A stretch of 64,000 nucleotides of DNA from Phaeosaccion multiseriatum (taxonomy: Eukaryota; Protista; Ochrophyta, other classes): NCBI GenBank assembly GCA_965112735.1, contig OZ218956.1, positions 1,178,001 through 1,242,000 on the forward strand, given 5' to 3'. Shown here one piece after another: positions 37,910 through 49,155 of the stretch. Each line of letters opens with the position of its first letter. The first letter of the stretch is position 1. The notes under the pieces are model-generated. The model was not told where the DNA came from and ran no database searches. It saw only the letters and a list, made by a program, of their open reading frames with translations. Position numbers and translations under genes: made by a program.

Positions 37910-38215
37910 GGAGAAGAAGAGGCTGGGAATAGCAGGGATGATGATCCTGAGGAGGACGCGCCGTACTTCTCTCTCGTCTCTGGAACGTACAAGACCAAGA
38001 GCACCTTAGGGGCGGCGGCAGCAGCAGCCGCCGCCGCAGGGGCCGCGCAGAGCGCCCGAGAAGCGCAGCAGCAAATGACGGAGTTCAGCAGCCCCGCCGC
38101 TGCCCTGCTGAGGCAGAGGGAGTATCAGGGGCTGCGGACCGACATGGGCCAGACAGAAGCCGTCGCCGCGGTGGAGGGGCAGACCGGCATCGCCTCTGAC
38201 TATGGAGGCACATGA
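35517..38215 (+). CDS. DPH2: Diphthamide biosynthesis protein DPH2 (exons 35517-37337, 37508-38215)
   Basis: RVALQFPESLL, GDTSYGSCCVDEVTAQH, VHYGRACLSP, GVVAGTLG, GKLNVAKLANF, VACSENS, PIVTPLE, and C-terminal REYQGL..EGQTGIASDY. These motifs favour DPH2 over DPH1. Confidence 0.93.
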
Positions 38216-38554
38216 TGATGGTGATGATGGATGGGGGGGGGGGAGCACGCGGAGGAGCAGGAGGAGGTGGTCTTTTTCTGACGTCACTGGGTAGCGGCAT
38301 CAGGGCTGCTCCTTCTCGCTCTCGTTGCTCTTCTCTTGGTATGTGTTTTCACTCCCTTTATTTAGGGCTAAATTTTCACTCGCCCCATTCGGCGCTCTCG
38401 TTCGCTCTCCTGGTGTGTGTTTTCACTCCCTTTATTCCCTTTATTTAGGGCTCAATTCTCATTTGCCCCATTGCCCCGCATGGGGTGAGCCCATGGTATG
38501 TACACTTCGCAGGCAGCTCCTCCCTCATAATGCCGCTTCGACTCGAAGAACGAC

Positions 38555-39318
38555 TCAGGGCTTTGTCAAATGCTTCTGCAGCAGCCCTGCAGATGAGTGT
38601 ACCAGGCAAGACAGAAGCCAAGCGCCGCGCGTCAGTGCTGCCGATGCAAGGACTATTCGTACCAGACAAGGGTATCGGCGTCATCGCAAGTATCCCGTCC
38701 TCTGCACAGAGCGGTTCGTTGCACGCTACATGTACGATAGGCGCTTTGCAAGAAACCCCATTCCATCCACCCCCCCCCCCTTCCCCCCCCCGCTGTGATG
38801 ATTCATCACTCACTAAGCTCTCATCGTTGCGTGTCTTCTTACCTGGCATCTTGAGCATGTGTACCTTGTCAGTCTCGAACACCTGCTTTAAGGGGGCGTC
38901 GCAATTAATCTCCCTCCTATCCTTCGGATCTTGAAGGTCGTGCTGCTTGATGTAGCTCCAGCTGCATGCATAGAGGACAAGGGCTGGATGTAAGACGTTA
39001 CCAACTACCAGGGGGAAGAGGAGCGAGTTAGGAGTAGAAGGAGGGAAAAAGAGAGGAGTGCGGACCGAAAGTGGAGGAAGAAAAAGGGCGAAGCGAAGGA
39101 GTTGTGGCTGTGAAGGGAGATCGATCTTGGAGCGACGACGTGAGGGGAGATCCGCAACCCCGATACCTCAACGCCCCCCTCCATCCCTCGCCCATTGATG
39201 CCTGGCTGGACTGCGCCACTTACACCTTCTTCGTGACGTCCGTGCGGCTCATCTTGGTCCCTCCGACCACCTTTGCCAGCTGGCTCGAGACGTTCACCAC
39301 AGCCTTTAGCCCAGTCAT
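38555..39318 (-). CDS. Standalone SWIB/MDM2-domain protein, 81 aa, 3 exons (39318-39224, 38961-38843, 38586-38555)
   Basis: Spliced product MTGLKAVVNVSSQLAKVVGGTKMSRTDVTKKVWSYIKQHDLQDPKDRREINCDAPLKQVFETDKVHMLKMPGLLQKHLTKP* is a canonical SWIB sequence. GT-AG junctions are frame-consistent (95+119+32 nt). Confidence 0.93.
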
Positions 39319-39528
39319 TGCCCCCTTGTCTTTTTTTTTCTTCTTTCTACACTGTATTGCTCTTTTATTTGATTTTGGTTTTTAGACTTCAAATCGCTGG
39401 CCCAAGACCAAGCAGTTTCCGTCGCCAAAATCCTCTCTCTGACCTGTTCTTTTGCCTCAGAAAGATTAGCAGTGAAAAACGTGTTGAAGAAAGGGAGGGA
39501 ACTACAGGAGGACGAACTGGCGGGCAGC
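39319..39528. promoter_or_regulatory. Divergent promoter region (SWIB gene and TolB-like gene)
   Basis: 210 bp between head-to-head ATGs, with T-rich tracts. Confidence 0.45.
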
Positions 39529-42500
39529 ATGGCCGCATCAGGGAAGCCCTTGGTCCTGGCGACGTTTGTAGTGGCGTTCTTGGCGGGGTACGACCCCCGG
39601 GTGGGCGGCGGCGCAGGTCAGGAAAGGCAGCAGAAAGGAGGAGGAGGGGGAGGGGATGAGAGAAAGGGGGGGGGGGGGCTTGGGGTGTCCGCGTTCGCGC
39701 CCCCCGCATTGCTCGGGCAATTTTCGCGCGCTGGTACTGGCTCTGCGCTCCACACCCGCAGATCTTCGTCTTCCGCTGGTAGCGCCATGCGGCCAAGAAG
39801 ACAGAGGCAGCGGACACAGGGAGAACAGCATCAGCAGGCAGCGTCGCGGTTTGCCACCCGGCTATTCGACAAGGATGAGGATGAGTATGAGGAGGTCAAA
39901 ATTCCGACCGAAGCTGACAGGACCAGCCTGCTGGAGACGGAGAAGGCGGAAATGTTGTTGAAGAAGCAGGGCAAGGAGGTGGACATTAAGCCCGTCAAGG
40001 AGCTTGTATTCGACAAGACGGAAGAGGAGGAGAAAGAGGATGAGAAAAAGGAAGTGGATGAGGAGGAGGAGGAGGAGGAGGAGGAGGAGAAAGAAAGGTA
40101 CATCACATTGCCGACCGACGCGGACATGACAATGATGTTGGAGAACCAAATTCACGATCAATTGAGAAAGGAAGGCAAGGAGATCGACACCAGGCCCCTC
40201 GAAGAGCTTCACCCCTCGGAGAGGCTCAAGCGCCAGAAGATAGAAGAAATGGCATGGTACAATAGCAGGCCCAAGGACCCGTTACTGCCCGACATTCCGG
40301 AGAAGTTCATCCCCAATGTGAATTGGGCGTGGAACAAGTTTGTGGGCGAGGAAGGGTACTTGCTCAACATTGATGAGGACAAGCCAATGCACCCCAGTGC
40401 CGTGGCACAGGAGAAGTTCCGGTCGCTCATGGACCTCCCTCAGCCTTCTGCCAAGGAGAGGTGGAGGGTCGGCCAAGAGGCCATCGCAAAGTCGCTCAAG
40501 AACGAGCCCTTCACAGTCCACGGCGGCTTTCAGTTCGAGCGGGGGACAGTCCTTCAGGGGGACGCTATTGTGAAGCTGCGACGCGACAGGAGGAAGCTGG
40601 AGGCCAGGCTCGAACGGATGAGGGACGACGCGGACTTTAAGTCCGTTCAGCAGGCCATCGACTTGATTAGCAAGAACAACCGCAGGGACCCGTACCACCA
40701 GGTTGGTTAGCATTTATCTATTTTTAGGCTGTCTTGCTCAGCGCTTCTTCTGTGTACACATCTGCCCACAGTGTCTGACCACCCCGCCCCGTTGATTCCC
40801 ATACCTCACCATCTCTTCCCTCCCTCCCTTCCCTCCCTTCCCTCCCTTCCCTCCCTTCCCTCCCTTCCCTGCCTTCCCTCCCTTCCCTCACTTCCCCCTC
40901 TCCCCCCCCAATGATGAACAGACATCCCAACGTCAAAGAGAAGCCACCATGATCGACGCGCGGATCGACCCATTCAGGGATGTCAAGGCTCAGCAGGCGG
41001 CCCTGGCCACTGAATGGCTTCAGAGGGACGCCCCCCCAGAGATATTGCGCGGCACCGTCAATCGGATCATCTGCCTCGCTAGCAAGGGGAGGGACGTGGT
41101 CACTGTCGACCCCTGGAAGCAGCAGGTAAGTCAAGACTAGGGAGGGTGAGGGGGAAAGGGGGGACGAGGGGAAAAGGGGGGGCGGGAGCGGGAGCGGGAG
41201 GAGGAGGAGCGGGAGGAGGAGGAGGGGAGGAGGAGGAGGAGGAGGAGGGGGAGAAGTATCTGTCCAGACCTTCCTCACTTTCCTCAATGACATTCCTGAC
41301 CTCCTCCTCCTCCTCCTCCTCCTCCTCTCCCCCTCCTCCTCCTCCTCCTCCTCCTCCTCCTCCTCCTCCTCCTCCTCCTCCTCCTCCTCCTCCTCCTCCT
41401 CCTCCTCCTCCCCCTCCCCCCCCCCCCCCCCCCCTCCTCCTCCTCCTCCTCCTCCCCCTCCTCCTCCTCCTCCTCCTCCAGCTCACTCGCTTCCTGGACA
41501 AGGAGGAGATCAAGGAGATCTCTGAGACAGGTCAGCTGCAGCAGCCTGTGTGGTCCCCCGACGGCCGGCACCTCTGCCTCGTGGCCATGAAGCAGGCGGA
41601 TGCCACAGCTCCCATGGGGGCCCAGACCGGGGCCGAGTCGTACCTTGAAGTTTATGATGACTTGTCCGGAAGGAGGGTGAGTGGTGAAGGCCTCTTGTTT
41701 TGCCATCCACTGCCATGCGTGCCTTGCGGGGAGGCTGCAGGTGTCGGTGTTTTGCCATACATTGCCGTCCGTGTATGTGGGGAGGTGGCATGTATCGCCG
41801 GTGTTCAAGTCCTGTGCTGTAGTGGTGGTGATGACCCTGTCCTTCACCACAGTTGCTGGCCCGACACATCTCTCCCATTCCTTCCCCTTTCTATCCGCCC
41901 TCTTCCCTCCTCCTCCTTCTCATCCCTCCCTCCCGCCTCCCTCCTTCTTCTCCCTCCCCTCCCGTCGCTCCCTGGCTCTCTCCCTTCCGTCCTCTTCTAT
42001 CCCGTCCCGTGCCACACACACATCAGTCGATGCGCGTCCGCCTCCCTGCGCACCCTTTCTTCCTGCTATGGTCTCCGTGCAGTAGGTACCTGTGCTACCT
42101 GGCCCCTGGCAAGGGTGGTCAGAACCCGCGTGTGCAGCTGTGCGTGCTGAACATCGAGGACGGCCTGCGTGAGATGATGAAGCACAGGAACAACCGAAAG
42201 TTCTCTGGAAAGTTCCTGGACGAGGCCGCTCCTCTCTTCTTCAACTTTGCCAAGTCTCTCACGGAGCAGCCTGCAGTCATTATTCACAACGCGGAATACA
42301 ATGAGGTTGGTGCCGTCATTTTTGGCTCCTATGCTTTGTTAAAGTAATTCTTGATCTCACGAGAGGAAATGGTCCATGGAGAGAACGAGAAAGAGAGGGA
42401 AAGAAGGAAGGCTGCTGTGCAGCTGCAGTTTCAACTCCTGTCCTCCTTCCACTTGGTATCGATTGTCGACTCTGATCTGCTGTGTGCGGCGCTACGAACG

Positions 42501-44210
42501 TCGACCGGGGACGTGGGTGCCCAATGCTGTTGCGGTATATGCGTCTGCTCCCCCAGCGGAACAGAACCAGTCATCCCTTGCTCGACGGCCGTGTGCGTTG
42601 CCTGTATGTGCTCAACCGCCCTCCCCCCCTCCCCACGTGTTTGTCTGTCGGTCTTGTCTATCCATCCGTCCGTCCGTCTGTCCAAATCCGCCGCACACGG
42701 GGTCCTGATAATACCAGGTGTACAAGGTGAACATTGTCACAAGCCGGGTGTCTATGGTGAGCGCCAAGCCCGGTACCCCCGGCAAGGCGCTCTTCATGGC
42801 TCCTCAGACCTACGTCGCCCCCGGAGGTCTGGACGGGGTGCTGTTCATCGAGGACGGACATCTTGTCGCAGTGACGATGGATCCCGATCGCGATGACATT
42901 GAGGACCCTGACGAGGATGACGACGACGAGGAGGAGAAGGAGAAGGAGAAGGAGGACGAGAAGAAGCTGGGCGACGGCGAGAAGAAGGAGGAGCAAAAGG
43001 CCCTCAAAGTGGAGGAGACAGAGATGAAGGCCAAGGCGGAGGAGCAGAAGGAAGGAGAGAAGGCCAAGGGGGAGAAGGACATCAGCAGCACCCGTAGCAG
43101 CGTCAGCATGAGCGGCAAGGGAGAAAAGAGCAAGAAGGAGGCCAAGGAAGAGGGCGAGGAGAAGGCGGACCACGTGGACGGCGTGCCCAAAAGCATCGTC
43201 CTGGGTCGCAAGAAGCTCTGCGCCATCAGAGGCCACAGCTCCTTCATTGTGTCCAACGACGGCAAGAAGGTTGCTCTCCTGCAAAATGACTCCAACACGG
43301 GCGTGTACAGCTGCTCCATCCTTGAAGGCGACAACCCCCTCGACCCCAACAGCGACGCCCCTGTGGTGGTGACCGAGCTCCCCATTGAGCGTGTGGTGCT
43401 GTCCTTCTACTTCTCCCCGGACAGCAAGAAGCTTCTCTGCCTCACCTCCGAGGCACCCAAGCAGGACATGACCATGGCCAGAGAGGCCATGAAGGCGGGC
43501 TTCAACGTCAAGACCAAGTGGGTGGTATACTACCTCGAGTCCAAAAAGACGCTGCACTTCCCCCTCTTTACGCCCCGAAAGTTCTTCGTCAAGGCCTACC
43601 TTCCCTTCTTCGATCAGTTCGCCAACGCCATCTCTCCCTGGGCGCCGGACAGCCAAGCCTTCATCTACCAGAATGCTGATCAGGGGGGAATAATTCAGAA
43701 CCTGCCTATCGACGATGGAGCTAGCAAGGTGGGTTCGTTGGGTTCTTTCGTTCGTTCGATGACGTGATGGGTGGCTTTTGCTGATATATCTCACGTGACG
43801 TGCTCTTGTCTTTGTCGCTTGCCTCTGTCGGTCGATTTTCAACCCCATTCTCTCTCATTTCGTCTTGACTCTTCTCCCCTTCTCCGTCCCTTTTTTTCTT
43901 TTCTTGCTTTGCGCTGCTGCCGGCTTGGTATCTTGTCTCTCCTCCTACCTCCTACGTAACACAGGTGGTGCCCAAGGCCAAGGCCTTCGCCAAAGACGCG
44001 GAGGTACGTTTGTGTCTGTCTCTTAAAGACGATGGGAGCTCGTCTCGCTCGCTTGGTCTTGCTTCGCACAGGAAACCTTGATTCGATCCACGAACTCCAT
44101 AAAACACGGAGCTCACCCCCTCACGCCCCATTGCCTCACTCCTCGCCCCATCTCTTCCATATTCCTTCGATGATCCTTTTGTGCAGATGTGCGTGTGGAG
44201 CTGGCTTTAA
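39529..44210 (+). CDS. TolB-like (PD40/WD40-like) beta-propeller protein with a probable bipartite plastid-targeting presequence
   Basis: Repeated blade motifs VWSPDGRHL, LLWSPCSRYL, VSNDGKKVA, FYFSPDSKKL, PWAPDSQAF and terminal CVWSWL*. Hydrophobic N-terminus plus VSA-FAP. Approximate exons: 39529-40701, 40922-41126, 41482-41676, 42027-42305, 42718-43728, 43965-44003, 44187-44210. Confidence 0.75.
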
Positions 44211-45232
44211 AGCGGAGCAGCACAAGCCGGCGCTCACAGCAGCAGCAGCAGCAGCAGCAGCGGGAGGAGGAGTACGAAGACGACGAGGAGGAGGGAGGAG
44301 GGCTGTAGCCTGCGAGGGAGAGAGAGACACACACGCTGGAGCGGCAGGCAGGGGGGGGGGGGCTTGACTGCTGTACCTGAGAGGGAGGCTTGGTTGTGGA
44401 CTTGCCCCTCGCAACGACTGTTACTGCAGCGGTTGTATTCCTCCTCTCCAACCCAAGTGGTCTCTTTGTGGGGGCCGGAGTAAAGGGAGAGGCGGCGTGT
44501 CTGTGTTGCCGAAGTCCAAGGACGGACGAGAAAAGACTTATCCATGTACATAGTGGGGAAGGAAGATGGGAAGAGGTGGAGGGCGGGGTATATAAGTGAA
44601 GAGGAGGATAGGAGGCGAACATCAGAGTGCGCTGGTGCTTCGAGAGAGAGAATGAAGACGAGAGTCGTCGTGCGAAAGGGGAGGAAGGGAGAGGGACTGA
44701 AGGCTCGATACACACCGTGCGCAGCAGCCGTGCGCAGCAGTTCGACGAATGGAATGGGAGAGGTGTATTCTACCACAGCAAAGCTCACATACACAGCAAG
44801 GCAGCGCTCTGCTGACAACGGAGAGGGGACATTTTTTTTGACCTTGAGGTCCCGCCCAATTTGGGAGGGAACGAACGAAGGAAGAGGAAGGAAGGAAGGA
44901 AGGAAGGAAGGAAGGAAGAGGAAGGAAGGAAGGAAGGAAGGAAGGAAGGACGGGGGGGAGGAAGGAAGGAAGGAACGAAGGACGGGAGGGAGGGGAGAGA
45001 TGTATACGGTATTTGTGCGTCGCGCGCTGCTTGTTTGTCGTCGTGCTGGCTCTGGAGCAGCAGGGCGCAGAGCGATGGATGAAATGGAACGTCGGTTCAA
45101 AGACTGGGTTGGGTGGTGTGTACAGTCAGATTGGGTGTAAAATTAATTCACTAAATTTCAATAATCACTCCTTCCTTTCCCGAATGCCGGCCCGGGCGTA
45201 AATTTGGCAGACAATCTAGTCAACTACTTGCA

Positions 45233-47863
45233 CTACCACGGCTTCTCCACTTCGTCTTGCCAAAAGGCGCCCCGTGGCCCATCTTGGGGTAGCAGGAAGC
45301 CCAACTTATAGGGCGTCCTTGCGCCCTCCTCCGGAGACCTCGGGCCCCGCCCGCTTGTCATGTCGGTGTTGCAGTACCCCTGGTGGTGATGGAGGTGATG
45401 GTGATGGTGGTGACGGTGATGATGGTGGTGATGGTGGTGATGGTGGTGGTGGTGGTGGTGGTGGTGGTGGTGGTGGTGGTTGTAGATGATAAGGACGGGG
45501 GAAGGAGGTGGACCGAGTGAGGGCCTTAAACAGAGAGGGAGGTGTCTGGATAAAGCTAGTAAGCAGAGCGTGGGCAAGGGCCAAGTCCTTAGCAAGGGCC
45601 GGCTATTCTCCCCTGGCAAGGGTCGACTCTAGAGCAAGGCCGAGGGTCTATTCTTTAGTCTGCAGTAGTAGAGCCGTGGAGGAGGCAAAGAAGGTACAAA
45701 GAGCTGCACAGTCCAGGGAGAGAGAAGGTGCCTTCTAGACGGAGAAGACGGTGCAGAAAGACACAAGGTATCCCAGGCAGGCCAGCGAAACTGCAGGGGC
45801 CGTACAACATGTCATTCACTGCCATCCGCCACAACCCCTAACAATATGGCTCACGCTCATGCTCACCGGGCAACAGGCGTTGACGAGGATTTTGGGCTCT
45901 TCCCTGGCCAGGATTGTGTTGTAGGCGGTGACTGCGAGCTTGCTCATACCGTAGTTACTCGACGGCCACTTCTGCGAGGGGGGGAGGGGAGGGGAGGGAG
46001 GGAGGAGAAGTTGAGTAGCAGCACACCTCAGCACAGCGCACAGGAGAAGCGGTGAAGAGACAGCTGCGACAAGGCACATGCACACACAAACACACACAAG
46101 AGGCATACCACCTTCCACCTCTCTCGCTCTCTCTCTCTCTCTCGGCACGCCCAGCCAAGTCGTGTGGGCAACAGTAGACCAGAGCAGATCAGAGCAGCAG
46201 CAGCAGCCGCAGCAGCAGCAGCAGCAGCAGCAACCATTGAGTCAGTCAATCAATCAGTCCAAGAATCTCCCCTCCGACTCCGCCGCCTCACACCTACACG
46301 TGTGTCTCACCTCCGCCCTGTCCCTCCCATCCTTGACGGCTGTGGTGAAGCTCGTCACCATTTCGTCGAGCTCATCCTTAGTGAGAGAGGGAGAGGACAC
46401 CTTGGCCCGCTTCACAGGGTCGGCATCCATAATCCTCAAATGGCCTGTAAAGTTCGTTTACACGTGATGAGTATTGGTGGTCCACAAGGGGAAGGGGGAA
46501 GGTCAAAGGAAAAGGAAGAAGGTAGGGCCAAAGATGTACACTTCTACAAAAAGAGAAAAAAGAGTTGCTCGCTAGCTTCTTCTGCTGCGTACGGATGTCT
46601 ACTTGCTGTCCACCCATTCTCTCCAGCGGCGTTTGCTTGGGTCCTGGATAGAGTTCAAAGTGTTCCATACCTGCCATGCTTGACACAAAGACAAGCCTGG
46701 GCTCATCTGCCTTGTTCAGAAGGGGGATCATTGCTTCCGTGAAAGCTTTGGTTCCCCAATAGTTGACTTTTAGCGTTGGCTCGGCCTTGCTCCATGAACA
46801 CAAGGCACGAGTGGCAAGAGCAGAGAAGAACAAATGGGTAAATGAGAGAGAAAGGGATGGAGGGAGAGAGCAGAGAAGAACAAAGGGATAAATGAGAGAG
46901 AAAGGGATGGAGGGAGAGAGCAGAGACACACAAGAGGGAGGGAGAGATAGAGGGAGGAAGGGGGACAGAGGGAGGCAGGGGGAGAGATAGACACAGATAT
47001 AGAGGCAGGGAGAGAAAAGAGAGGGAGGGACAGACAGTGAGAGGGGGACACCAAAGAGGAATAAACAACGCCCTTCTGTATCACTCTCGTTTACTCGCTC
47101 ACTCACCTGCTCCGCGTGGGGAGTGGGGTCTGAACCCTTGAATGCCATCCCCGCATTGTTTATCAGTACGTCGCACTTGCCGTATTCAGCCTCCAATTCT
47201 TGCGCAAATTTCTGAGGAACAAAAGGGACAGGGGAAGAAACAGATGACATGTGTCAATTAAGGGGGGGGAGGAGGTAGCCAGCAGGATCCAACCCCATCA
47301 CACCACCCAGGGGGTAGCAGGTGAGTGCAAAGGAAACGGAAACGAGAAAGAAAGAAGTAGGTTCATCACCCCCACAAAGCTCCCTTGTGACTAACAGCAA
47401 GGACCACAATAAGATACATACCGATCTTGATTCCTCGTCGGAGATGTCAAGCGCCTTGAACACCACCTCCGCGACGCATTCCGGCTCCTTGGAGAGGGCA
47501 TCTGCAGCCTCCCTCCCCCGGGACTCGTCTCTGCAGGCAAGGACGCACACAGCATCCTTCTGAGCTCTCGAAATCTTGCGAGCGATTTCAAGTCCAATGC
47601 CTGCCAGTGGTAACGAAGAGGGAGTGGAAGTGAGGTGCAATGGGAAGAGAAGCAGGGAGAGAGCGGCGCTGACCACCCTCACCTTTATTGGATCCCGTGA
47701 CGACGCAGACTTTACTTGCGCTTCCGCTTGCCATTCTCAAGCCAGTAGTTGAAAACGCCCCAACACGTCCGAGGCGGCTCAGAAATAACAGCGCAGAAGC
47801 CAATGTGAAGCGGAGGACCACAGAATTAATTGACGCCGTCTGTAAAGAGAGGCCAAACTTCAT
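45233..47863 (-). CDS. Short-chain dehydrogenase/reductase, carbonyl reductase 1-like
   Basis: VVTGSNKG|IGLEIARK, LINNAGMAFKGSDPTP, LKVNYWGT, VSSMAG, catalytic YGMSK, VNACCPG|YCNTDMT, PEEGARTP. N-terminal hydrophobic stretch plus VGA-FSTT. Confidence 0.92.
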
Positions 47864-47976
47864 GGAGGAAGGGGGCGATAGGGTGAAAGGGTGGAAGGGG
47901 TGGAGGGAATAAAGTAAAAGTAAAATCCGGGGGAAAAAAAGCACGCCAAAAAGAAAAAAAAAGGAAAAAAAACAAA

Positions 47977-48396
47977 TACTGTGATTTCGCGGTTGAGTGG
48001 CACTTTTTACGCCCAATTGCGCCCCATTAATTTTTTTTTACGCCAAATGACGACTTTTTATACGACGTTTGACGACGTTTGACGACGTTTTAGCCCCCTA
48101 TTTGACGCCCTTTTACGCCCTTTTACGCCCTTTTACGCTCTTTGACGCCCTTTTATCTTAATTCGCCTTAATTTCGTCTAAAAAAAATCACGTAAAAAAA
48201 AATCACGGAAGAGGGCGTAAAAGGGCGTCAAAGAGCGTAAAAGGGCGTAAAAGGGCGTAAAAGGGCGTCAAATAGGGGGCTAAAGCGTCGTCAAACGTCG
48301 TCAAACGTCGTCAAAAAAGTCGTCATTTGGCGTAAAAAAAAATTTATGGGGCGTAATTGGGCGTAAAAAGTGCCACTCAACCGCGAAATCACAGTA
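47977..48396. mobile_element. Foldback/MITE-like palindromic element, copy 1 (complete)
   Basis: Starts TACTGTGATTTCGCGGTTGAGTGGCACTTTTTACGCCCAATT and ends AATTGGGCGTAAAAAGTGCCACTCAACCGCGAAATCACAGTA. Near-perfect inverted arms of about 175 bp are built from TTTGACGACG and TTTTACGCCC 10-mers. TA at both termini. Confidence 0.85.
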
Positions 48397-48397
48397 T

Positions 48398-48640
48398 TAC
48401 TGCCATATGACGACGTTTTTGACGACGTTTGACGACGTTTGACGACGCTTTAGCCCCCTATTTGACGCCCTTTCACGCCAGGAAGAGGGCGTAAAAGGGC
48501 GTAAAAGGGCGTAAAAGGGCGTAAAAGAGCGTCGTCAAACGTCGTCAAACGTCGTCAAAAACGTCGTCATTTGGCGTAAAAAAAAATTAATGGGGCGTAA
48601 TTGGGCGTAAAAAGTGCCACTCAACCGCGAAATCACAGTA
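48398..48640. mobile_element. Second tandem copy of the same foldback element, with an internally deleted left arm
   Basis: TACTG joins directly to CCATATGACGACG (about 60 bp of left TIR missing). The right TIR is intact and ends ...AATCACAGTA at 48640. Confidence 0.8.
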
Positions 48641-49155
48641 AAAGTCTTTTACAATAATTAATAAGAGTCTTTCCCCGTCCCCTTTCTTTCCCACCCACTT
48701 GGCCGGCAGAAATGGAGCTCCTACTACAAAAAGTTGTATCCATCTTCAGTGAAAGAGTCAGTCTTGTTAGCCTCTGCAGTCAGCCCTGCTGCTGCCGCTT
48801 GGGAGACGGGGGGCCGGGCACCTCAATGGGCACAACAGGGGGCTGCGAGAGAGAAGGGGAAAGAAAGGGGGAGGGGTAAGGAGGGGGCGAATAGTCAGTT
48901 AGGCAGGAGAAAAAGAGGAGCCCCACCCTCATACGCTACATGTCTCCCTCTCATGTCTCTGTCGCCCCTCCCTGTCTCCCACAAGCCCCATCAATCCATC
49001 CACACACAGACACACACGCACACACGCGCGCACACACGCGCGCACACACACACATACACACACGCCCACACACGCCGACACACACGCCCACACACACGCC
49101 CACACACACACACACACACACACACCCACCGCCACACACACACACCCACCCCTAC

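Noticed and set aside
38361-38450. TTTAGGG telomere-like heptamers
   Set aside because: Only single copies within a local duplication, not an array.
44234-45140. Overlapping ORFs (288 aa minus, 198 aa plus) between the convergent TolB-like and SDR genes
   Set aside because: Partly (GGAA)n repeat, no recognisable domain and no convincing splice model. Probably 3' UTRs, though a small gene cannot be excluded.
47977-48640. CRISPR array or iteron-type replication origin
   Set aside because: The 10-mers have no spacers and sit in inverted arms with TA-bounded TIRs, which fits a foldback MITE better in a eukaryotic context.
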